A stretch of 64,000 bases of DNA from Macrostomum lignano (Eukaryota): contig NIVC01001156.1 of NCBI GenBank assembly GCA_002269645.1, forward strand, positions 124,001 through 188,000, written 5' to 3'. The notes below the pieces were generated by a model. That model did not search any database and was not told where the DNA came from. It saw only the letters and a list, made by a program, of their open reading frames with translations. Made by a program: the position numbers and the translations under genes. Shown one piece after another: positions 54,471-64,000 of this stretch. Numbering within the stretch: the first letter of the stretch is position 1; every line of letters starts with the position of its first letter.

Positions 54471-56359
54471 TTAGCCCACTCTTATCACATCCCTCAACCC
54501 ACTCTTGGACACATCCCTCAGCCTACTTGTCACATCCCACAGCCTACTTGTCACATCCCTCAGCCCACCCTTAGAGCGATCCAAATTAACTGGCAACTTT
54601 CCCCAACTTTCCTGATTCCGAGTTCTGGCTGTTTAATCAAACTGCGCGCTCTGTGCTTTCAATTTAAAATTGGATTGCACAGGCTTGAGACTTTGGCGGA
54701 AACTGAGCAGCTTGGGCTCTTGAGTAGCTGGGTCTCTGCTGTATAATTTATTCCAGCTAATTTCGGGTCTGCAGTGTGTGCTGTTTAATCAGCTCCTTCC
54801 TACCTGACATACCGGCTTACTCTGGCTCGCATTAGCACTACACTTGCGCAGTTAATCAGCTTTATTTTCAAGTTCCTCCCCGCTAGCTGTCTCTTGATGT
54901 AGCGGATAAAGGCGGAAGATAAGATGGATGAGGGAAGGAGAGGTTTTCCTGGCCGCTGGGGTATTTCATGCCGGCCTATAATTGGGGCGGCCGAAGGTCT
55001 GCATTATAAGAGGCTGCTGCTGCTGCTATATGAGACCTTGAGCAGGAAACTGGAGCGCAAACTCTCTCTTTAAAGCCTCACAAACTCGCGAGTCTGTCGC
55101 TCCTGTATTGTAGCTCGCAAGCTCGAACTTGAAGGTTGTCGAAATCGAGAATTTCGAGCTTCGAGGCGCAAGATTAGTTAACAATAACACTTCGGATTCT
55201 TGTTGAAGTTACTCGGCTGCTCGCATAATCTGCACACATTGCGAAGGTCAGACAGTATGCAAGCACTGAAAGGCACTGCAGTTCACTCTGCTGCAAGTGT
55301 CGTTGATAATATGGATGGATTTAATGGGATTATGGAGGACGCTAAAAAAATTGTCCCAAAAGCCCCCTCGTGCATTCTACTTTCTCGGCATTTAATTATG
55401 CATCCGATTGAAGCTGGCGTTCTTGCGGCGGTCTTTGGGCATCCGAAAGTATAAGCAGCTGAGCCCCCCAATTCCCGTGAGTCGCAGACTCAGCATCATC
55501 AGATTTGCTCGGGAAATCGAAAAAATTCTCCAAACTTTCAGCGGTGGAGCGGATCGGACCGATGAAGGGGGTTGAGCTACCCCCTGCTGAGATTTTATAT
55601 AAAAAATGAATATTTCCGACAGAGACGAGAGGATGGGCTATAGGGAGTAAAATTAATTTCTTAGCAGAATTGTCACGTGACGGTCTCGAATTGAGAGGTT
55701 GAGTGAATGAAGCTCAGGATATGCAGGTGAATGGCATATAGGAAAGGCCTTGAAACAGACAGCTAAAAGACATCGGAAAAAACTAGTGAAAGACATCGAA
55801 GGACAGGTGAAAGACATCGAAGGACAGGTGAAAGGCATCAAAGTGACAGGTGAAAGGCATCAAAGTGACAGGTGAAAGGCATCAAAGTGACAGGTAAAAG
55901 GCATGGGAAAAGACAGGTGAAAGCATGGAGAAACTGAAGGCAGGTGACGGACAGTAAAACTGGGTTAAAGATACAAGAAAAGACAAAACCAGATAGCCTG
56001 GCCAACTTCAATAGTTGGCTAAAAACAAATTGAAATGACAGCACTGACAAGACGAAAGACAGGAGACTGGAGAGAATCACTGCCCCCAGTGCTATGAAAA
56101 TCAGGAAACGGACTCTGCTCAGGTTTTCTGTCTTGATCGGAGATCTGCACCCGCTTCTCAAGACTCTCCGTGACCGTTCAAGTAGCAGTTGAGAAGACTC
56201 GGATCGGACGTGAGGGATTGCGCTCTCCATCCCATGCATCATGCTCTTCTGGCTGCCAGGGAGTAAATTAATTTTTTATATCCCATCGAGACAAGAAGTG
56301 ATATTTTGGGAAATTCTTTGCTAGTATTTTTTATCTGACTCGTAGGGCCTCCGTAACTC

Positions 56360-57320
56360 TGTCACTCTGTGTCAGTTTCTGTCACTCTAAATCAGTCTCT
56401 CCACTCTGTATCAGTCTCCGTCACTCTGTATCAATCTCTGTCACTCTGTATCAATCTATGTCACTCTGTATCAATCTCTGTCACTCTTTATCAGTCTCTG
56501 TCACTCTGTATCAATCTCTGTCACTCTGTATCAATCTCTGTCACTCTGTATCAGTCTCTCAGTCTCTGTCACTCTGTATCAATCTCTGTCACTCTGTATC
56601 AATCTCTGTCACTCTGTATCAATCTCTGTCACTCTGTATCAATATCTGTCACTCTGTATCAATCTCTGTCACTCTGTATCAGTCTCTGTCACTCTGTATC
56701 AGTCTCTGTCACTCTGTATCAGTCTCTGTCACTCTGTATCAATCTCTGTCACTCTGTATCAATCTCTGTCACTCTGTATCAATCTCTGTCACTCTGTATC
56801 AATCTCTGTCACTCTGTATCAGTCTCTCAGTCTCTGTCACTCTGTATCAATCTCTGTCACTCTGTATCAATCTCTGTCACTCTGTATCAATCTCTGTCAC
56901 TCTGTATCAATATCTGTCACTCTGTATCAATCTCTGTCACTCTGTATCAGTCTCTGTCACTCTGTATCAGTCTCTGTCACTCTGTATCAGTCTCTGTCAC
57001 TCTGTATCAGTCTGTCACTCTATATCCATCTCTGTCACTCTGTATCAGTCTCTGTCACTCTGTATCCATCTCTGTCACTCTGTATCAGTCTCTGTCACTC
57101 TGTATCAGTCTCTGTCACTCTGTATCAGTCTCTGTCACTCTGTATCAGTTTCTGTCACTCTGTATCAGTCTCTGTCACTCTGTATCAGTTTCAGTCACTC
57201 TGTATCAGTTTCAGTCACTCTAGCAGTTTCTGTCACTCTGTATCAGTCTCTGTCACTCTTTATCAGTCTCTGTCACTCTAAATCAGTCTCTCACTCTGTA
57301 TCGATCTCTGTCACCCTGTC
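56360..57320. repeat. 20-bp minisatellite (TCTGTCACTCTGTATCAATC / ...CAGTC)
   Basis: Direct reading. Confidence 0.96.
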
Positions 57321-57789
57321 TCAAGGCAACAGTGACAAATTTTAATTAAGTCAAGCGATAAGAGATAAGTGACGTCAATTATAGGTCAATTAAAATCACA
57401 ATACATGTATATTTTTGCACTCACAAAAACTTTTACGCGGTAGGAGCAGCAACAATATGGTAATTAATTTTGTTAAAACAATTTTTGAGAGCTATATGGC
57501 AGGTTTGACAGTTCAGACATAACAGTTACAACAATTGACGTCGCAAAAATCGCTCATTGGCTCGTATAGTTATTGATCAAATGGTTGAATTTTTATGTTT
57601 TTTCGACTGTGACAGGTTCGCAGCGGAGCCAGGACAAAAATAATATTTTTGGAGGCAATAATTCCTATTTATGATTGCTTAAATATAACATTTGTTGACA
57701 CATGCAATTCAGAATTTATGCAATGGTGTATTGTCCCTGGCCGACATGCGCCGTTTATGGTTGAAATCCCTATTTACACCTACATGTAA

Positions 57790-59318
57790 TATAGCTTTTT
57801 GCAGCCCATTTGGGCTTACGCGCATTGAATTAAATCCAAGATACGTTTGCCAATGCAATGGATAAATACCGGCGCGAGCCATAGACAAATCGTTGTCACG
57901 TGCTGCGACCGCTGATTCTTTGCATTGCTTTTTCTGTTTGACGGTCCTAAAAACTAATGGTTCTGTCTATGGATTTGAGGGCAGGAACGAGCGAAATCCG
58001 AGGTCTGCTTCGGATCAGTATCAGCCTCGGATTTCGCTCGTTCCTGCCCTCAAATCCATAGACAGAACTGTGTTGTCTCATCATTTCGAGGGCGCCACTA
58101 AGCATTAACCATAGACGAAACTAGCGGGCACAGAATTCATTCCTGCCCGCGTTCAAAATCTTTCCTGCCCGCCACTTTAGTCTGTGGTAATACTCAGGCT
58201 TTTTAAACTGTATTTTTGCAACACCTGATAGAATCCTGAAGAAAAGAGCGAATATAACGGGTGTCCCAAAAAAAGGGTAACACTTTGTGCGCTCACTGTG
58301 AGTGAGCAGTTAGGCCTATAGCACAGTAATTTAACAGGTCCACAGTAAACATTTTTAAGTTATTCCCACAAACATTTGGTTGCGAAAAATTGCTCCAGAG
58401 GCGAGTTATTGAGCACAGAAGTGTACGCTAGCTTTTCTGCCAAGCTTTGCCATACACAGCTGCGATAGACAATCTTTTGCTTTAAAAATCTTAAGGAGCA
58501 TAGACTCTGAGACGGTGTGTGGTCAAATAACAGTTTATTTGAAAGTGAAAGAGCTTGTAAGTGTACGCTAGCTTTTCTGCCAAGCTTTGCCGTCAAAGTC
58601 GGCATCCACCTTAGCAACCACTAAGAATCAAATTAATCGGTTCAAGAAATTTCTTCGAGAGAAAAACCTGTCTGATGACATTGAAAGCTACTTAGACGGC
58701 TATCTGCGCCTCTGGTACGTAAGTCTGCGAGCTAATCCTGCGCTTGGAACAAAGACCTATGCACCGGATACGATTCGTGGCTTTCGGGCTAGTATCCATC
58801 GATTTGTAAAGGAGACAAACAGTGCTTGAGAAAGACGGTGTAAGACTCAGCTTCTATCTTTAAAGCTGCATGGCTTTTGATGAAGCATTGATGAACTATT
58901 CTGCTATTGACGTATTGTTTATAAATGTACTTTTGTTATGCTGGCTAGCATGTACTGTTACTTCGATAAGTTTATCTTTTTCTACGCTTAATAATAAATG
59001 CCATAGACTAAAATCGCGGGCGCACATTGACGATTCCGTGGGCCGTGCGGCCCGCAAAATCATGGGACAACAATGCATTGTTTGTAGTAATGTATTGTTC
59101 TGCATAAAAAATGCGAATAATGACCGTCAAATTGCTAAGCAACGCAGCTTTTGTCTATGGTAGCAAGGTTGGCACAGCGTCGATGCAAGCGATCGATCCA
59201 AGCGTGGATGCCGCTGTGCCAGCCTTGCTACCATAGACAAAAGCTGCGTTGCATTGGCAATCGAATCTTGGATTAAAATCAATGCTTTCAAGCCCCAAAC
59301 GGGCTGCAAAAAGCTATA
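57790..59318. mobile_element. ~1.5-kb TIR-bounded non-autonomous element carrying a Crypton-like tyrosine-recombinase fragment
   Basis: ~70-bp TIRs at 57790-57858 and 59249-59318 (9 mismatches and 1 indel), with TATAGC...GCTATA ends; internal hairpins and CCATAGAC sites. Confidence 0.72.
58551..58829 (+). pseudogene. Truncated Crypton-type tyrosine recombinase, N-terminal core-binding region (related to DUF3504/ZMYM/KCTD1/QRICH1-type domesticated Cryptons)
   Basis: SKSASTLATTKNQINRFKKFLREKNL..DIE..YLDGYLRLWYVSLR...TYAPDTIRGFRASIHRFVKE fits the NT..T.......F..W.....LD..L..FY..vR..G..Y.P.TL..hRASI.R.L pattern; catalytic domain absent. Confidence 0.65.
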
Positions 59319-59649
59319 GTACACCTATCGCGGAAATTCCCAGGTGTCTAGAAGTCAATACTTTACCAATATCAAGATGAACCTTTAGATGACATCCTAA
59401 CCCAAACCCGGTTTGAGTTCGGGCGCTCAGGAGTGAGCGGCCTGATTGCCTTCTCCCTTGTTGTAGGTCTGCCAGCGCCTTGATTTGCGGCAGTGCCAAT
59501 GCTTAGAGCCCCCTTGCTGCCCTGACAAACACTAGCTGACAAGGCTCAGGGCTGGGCGAATGTCAACTCGATGCTCCAAGACAACATAACTGAACCCGCA
59601 ACCTCCAGTCTGAATCACTCGAGATGCGGTTTTTCATGCGGTTCCACCG

Positions 59650-60273
59650 CTACTCGATCTCCCTCTCCGTCACGTGACTCACCTGGACTTGGACTGCGCA
59701 GCGCTGATTGACGCGAGTCGACTGCAAGTTCGCGGCGCTGTGGTTCGTGCCAATCAGCGTGTTGTTGTTGTTGTTGTTGGTCCTCGGCCGCCGGCCCAGG
59801 GCGGTCAGCAGCGCCGCCAGCTTCGCCGCCAGCTCTCGACGGAACTTCTTGCCGCACAGGCAGTAGAGGAAGAAGTTGGAGGCGTGGTTGGTGTACATCA
59901 GCAGCTCCGTGCACGCCTGTACCAGCAGGTAGCGGCTGTGGAACAGCGGGTCCGTGTAGTCCACCGTGACGAAATTGCCCAGCGAAGTGGCCACCTTCAA
60001 CGCCGTGATGGGCAGAGCGGTGGTCAGGAACAGGCCCGACACAGACAGCAGGGTCACCGTCACCTGGCGGAAGTTGCGGTTGAAGCCCGCCTGGCTGCTG
60101 GGCGGCGGGCCGGCGGCTGTGCGGGATCTCGACTTGTCCGCGGTGCTGCGCCCTCCGCCGCCGCCGCCGCCGCGAAGTCCCCGCAGCTCCATGGCCGCTG
60201 AGCCGCCCTGCACGGCGGGTCCTGGGTAGCGGGCCGAGGTCTTCAGGACGTAGATTATGCGGCAGTTGCATAT
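59650..60273 (-). CDS. Class A peptide-receptor-like GPCR, exon 2 (TM5 end to C-terminus)
   Basis: CCAG acceptor, phase 0; ICNCRIIYVL...QVTVTLLSVSGLFLTTALP...ELLMYTNHASNFFLYCLCGKKFRREL. Confidence 0.9.
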   Translation of the reverse strand: MCNCRIIYVLKTSARYPGPAVQGGSAAMELRGLRGGGGGGGRSTADKSRSRTAAGPPPSSQAGFNRNFRQVTVTLLSVSGLFLTTALPITALKVATSLGNFVTVDYTDPLFHSRYLLVQACTELLMYTNHASNFFLYCLCGKKFRRELAAKLAALLTALGRRPRTNNNNNNTLIGTNHSAANLQSTRVNQRCAVQVQVSHVTEREIE

Positions 60274-60414
60274 CTGGCCAAGGGGGGAGAGTGAGATTAT
60301 GGAGTATGTACAATGATTTTACGGGGTAGAATGTTCATTTAGGTTAGGGAGATTGTAAGTTGTGTCGTAGGGGGAGTGAAAATTTGGCTTAGTGAGAAAT
60401 ACATGCATATAGGT

Positions 60415-60790
60415 GCCTCAAATACAGCCACCTCACTCCCTGTCCCAAACACATCCACCTCAATCCCTGCCCCAAACACACCCACCTCACTCCCTTGCCC
60501 CAAACACAACCACCTTCCTCCCTGTCCCAAACACACCCACCTCACTCCCTGCCCCAAACACACCCACCTCACTCCCTTGCCCCAAACACAACCACCTTCC
60601 TCCCTGTCCCAAACACACCCACCTCACTCCCTGCCCCAAACACACCCACCTCACTCCCTGCCCCAATCACACCCATCTCACTCCCTGCCACAATCACACC
60701 TACCTCACTCCGTGTCCTAAACACACCCACCTCCTTCCTTGTCCTGAAAACACACCCACCTCCCTCCCTGCCCCGAACACACCCTCCTCC
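60415..60790. repeat. ~28-bp minisatellite (CACCTCACTCCCTGCCCCAAACACACC) in the GPCR intron
   Basis: Direct reading. Confidence 0.88.
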
Positions 60791-60875
60791 CTTCCTTCAC
60801 CGACCAATGACTTATGACCTATGACCAATCTGTGACCGAAACAAAAAGTCAACAAGCCAATCGAGGCCAGCTCAC

Positions 60876-61499
60876 CAAGATGATGCAGAAGGGCGCAAAG
60901 CAGTACAGAGTGGAGTCAATCCAAGCCAGTTCCTCCCTCAGGTAGACGAAATTCTCTCGCAGCTCGCAGATAAGCATGGTCTCATTGGTGCCCGGCCAGG
61001 TGTGGTCGTACAGGTCGAGGGTGAACAGCCAGTGCGCGTTGATCAGCAGGCAGGCGGTGACCAGCGCAGCCACGGTGATGCGGGCTTTGCGCACAGAGTC
61101 GCTGGCGGGTCGCACAGTCTTCTGCTGCACCATGCCGGCCCGTTCGACTGTCACGGCCACAATGAGCAGCACGCTCAGGTAAGTTGACGCCGTGGACACC
61201 AGGTGGCCGCTCACGCAGAGCCAGGCGCTGTGCAGGCTGAGGTTCAGGCCGGTGAGGTGGGTCAGCCAGCTGCGGAGCAGGCCGGACAGCAACGCCACCT
61301 GGTCAGCGATGCCGAGCACAAGCAGGTAGGCGAAGGTGCTGGACCGCTTGCTGCCCTGCCACAGCACCCAGGTGGCCAGCACGTTGCCAACCGTGCCTAC
61401 GGTGAGCACAGCCGGGCTCACGCCCCATAGCAACCACTTGTAGGCTCGAAACTCGGAGTAGTTTGAGTACAGTCCCTGCTCATACGGCAGCAGCGACAT
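60876..61499 (-). CDS. Class A peptide-receptor-like GPCR (FMRFamide/myosuppressin/GPR139-like group), exon 1 (TM1-TM5)
   Basis: GTVGNVLA (TM1), YLLVLGIAD (TM2), LSVLLIVAVTVER (TM3), NAHW (TM4), WIDSTLYCFAPFCIIL (TM5); GTGAGC donor, phase 0; spliced product 415 aa. Confidence 0.9.
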
Positions 61500-61704
61500 T
61501 TCGCCAGTATTTTCGTCCGTTCGAAGAGTTCTCCTTGATAATCTGGCCGACTTTGCCGCTCCCTAATCGCTCTCGGAGCCCCAGTTCACCCCCTGTCTGT
61601 CCGACTCTTATCCGTCAGAGACTCTCGGGAAATCATTGGTTGCCCTCTCCCCAGCCAATGACAGCGGAATGCAGCCATGTCGTGCTTAGCCACATTGCTA
61701 CCAG

Positions 61705-61857
<153 letters not shown>

Positions 61858-62270
61858 GAACTGACATTTTAGTGTCTGGAACTGACATTTTAGTGTCTGA
61901 AACTGACATTTTAGCGTCTGAAACTGACATTTTAGTGTCTGAAACTGACATTTTAGCGTCTTGAACTGACATTTTAGTGTCGAACTGCCATTTTAGTGTC
62001 TGAAACTGACATTGGAGTGTCTGAAACTGACATTTTAGCGTCTTGAACTGACATTTTAGCGTCTGAAACTGACATTTTAGTGTCTGAAACTGACATTTTA
62101 GCGTCTTAAACTGACATTTTAGTGTCTGAAACTGACATTTGAGTGTCTGAAACTGACATTGGAGTGTCTGAAACTGACATTTTAGTGTCTGAAACTGAAA
62201 TTTTAGCGTCTGAAACTGACATTTTAGCGTCTGAAGCTGACATTTGAGTGTCTGAAACTGACATTTATCG
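61858..62270. repeat. 21-bp minisatellite (CTGACATTTTAGTGTCTGAAA)
   Basis: Direct reading. Confidence 0.94.
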
Positions 62271-62944
62271 TGTTAAAATGACATTAAAATAACGAATACA
62301 GCGGACTCCCATTGGATTAATGCACTGCAGATCAAAGGCAGTCCTACCGCTTGTATGCTCATTTACTATGCTATAGTTGGTAGAACAATACAGCGGAAAG
62401 AGTAGAAAGAATAGCCAGACAAGAGCCTTAATCCTCTATTAGCTTGGTATTGGCTGTTTATGCCTGCCTGCAACTGAGCTTGGAAATCAATAACTGCTTC
62501 TTCTGGTCCATGCTGCTGCCCCTACTGGCACCCTGTATTTAGGCAAGCAGACAGAGCCGGGTTGAATAAAACCTTCAGTTTGCTTCTTCAATTTGTCAGT
62601 AGGGTAGAATTGCAGATGCAAATAGTCTGCATGAACTTCTCTTTTGCTTTTTAACGACAAAGCGACATTTTTTATTGAATGGAAATTTTACAAAAGAATG
62701 CAAAATTCAAATCTCAAGATTTAGAATTGCTCTCACAGTCAAGTCCTCTCAGGCTCAGGGAAGGGCCTGTCTCACTTTTTAGAAATGCGAATGATGCAGA
62801 ATGAGAATGGGTTTGCGGATATTTTTGACTGAAAATGCGTTTGGTTTAAATAGGTTGTCTTGTATACTGGTGAGTGAATTCATTTATATGGACTGAACAT
62901 TATGCTTGCTACGCATTAACGCGTGAAGCTCGTAAGGGGAAGTT

Positions 62945-63395
62945 GGGTGGGTGAAGATGAGGTAGGTGAAGCTGGGGCTGTGTGAAATGGGTGGGTGAAA
63001 CTAGGGTGGGTGAAACTGTGAGTGGGTGAAGATGGGTGGGTGAAATGGGTGGGTGAAACTAGGGTGGGTGAAACTGTGAGTGGGTGAAGATGGGTGGGTG
63101 AAATGGGTGGGTGAAACTAGGGTGGGTGAAACTGGGGGGGGTGAAACCGGGGTGGGTGAAACTGGGGTGGGTGAAACTGGGGTGGGTGAAACCGGGGTGG
63201 GTGAAACCGGGGTGGGTGAAACCGGGGTGGGTGAAACCGGGGTGGGTGAAACCAGGGTGGGTGAAACCGGGGTGGGTGAAACCGGGGTGGGTGAAACCGG
63301 GGTGGGTGAAACCGGGGTGGGTGAAACCGGGGTGGGTGAAACCGGGGTGGGTGAAACCGGGGTGGGTGAAACTGGGGGGGTGAAACCGGGGTGGG
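62945..63395. repeat. ~15-bp G-rich minisatellite (GGGGTGGGTGAAACC)
   Basis: Direct reading. Confidence 0.94.
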
Positions 63396-63496
63396 CCCCT
63401 TAGCCCCGCTTCATGCATGCAATGTAGAGTAAAGCTACTCGTAATAATTTAAGTAAAAAAGAAGACTTATTTTTACTTTCCTAAACCTAACATCCG

Positions 63497-63640
63497 AGAC
63501 CCCACACCCCAGACCCCACACCCCAGACCCCACACCCCAGACCCCACACCCCAGACCCCACACCCCAGACCCCACACCCCAGACCCCACACCCCAGACCC
63601 CACACCCCAGACTCCAGAGCCCAAACCCCAGACCCCACAT
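63497..63640. repeat. 14-bp C-rich minisatellite (CCCCACACCCCAGA)
   Basis: Direct reading. Confidence 0.93.
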
Positions 63641-64000
63641 CTCACAACCACACTCCACACGCCGGACCCCACACTTCAGGCTAGAAATCCCACACCGCTT
63701 ACCACACCCTCCTCTCCCTGACTTCAGTCTGAAAACTGCAGCAACGCAGTCAGGGGATCTCAGTGAACTTTATTTTATTTACTCAGCTCAACAGCCTGGC
63801 AGTCCCCTCTCGGGCCACTTCACTGAAACTGCAATTTTGGCTGAGCGAGCTGCCTGCAGTCCTCTGGCGGGGGGGGGGAGATTTTCTTGACGTTTATAGC
63901 AAGAACAGAAATTGAAACTGAGTTAGTCTTCTGAATCGGAGCGAAACGTTATAATTAATAGAGATTTCGTTTCAACGGATGTTTCAATTGCAGGACTTAT

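Noticed and set aside
52663-54746. Long 335-672-aa ORFs on both strands
   Set aside because: Translations of the ~33-bp satellite; open frames on both strands are a repeat artefact
55838-56242. Hydrophobic 134-aa minus-strand ORF as a membrane protein
   Set aside because: No recognisable family, its 3' part translates a local tandem repeat, and splice support is weak

Overview
Eukaryotic (metazoan) genomic DNA: spliced, GC-rich exons separated by introns packed with simple and minisatellite repeats. The style resembles a Macrostomum-like flatworm, but that is an unverified inference. Host genes: an orphan 3' exon of a Mab-21/cGAS-like receptor (7701-9085, +), a spliced alpha-arrestin (19972 to about 25994, +), a 7-exon FAM13-family RhoGAP (36905-50898, +), a 2-exon class A peptide-type GPCR (61499-59650, -), and a probable first exon of a secreted Cys-rich protein at the left edge (-). 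Mobile elements: an internally deleted BEL/Pao LTR retrotransposon, an apparently intact two-gene Harbinger (28-bp TIRs, TTA TSD), an internally deleted LOA/R1-like LINE with RNase H, an IS630/Tc1-like element with ~320-bp TIRs inside an arrestin intron, two MITEs, and a 1.5-kb TIR cassette carrying a Crypton-type tyrosine-recombinase fragment, seven CCATAGAC-type sites and two long hairpins. Also two sharply CpG-free tracts and about 20 tandem arrays. No CRISPR array, rRNA or tRNA is supported. All assignments come from reading motifs by eye; no database search was run.
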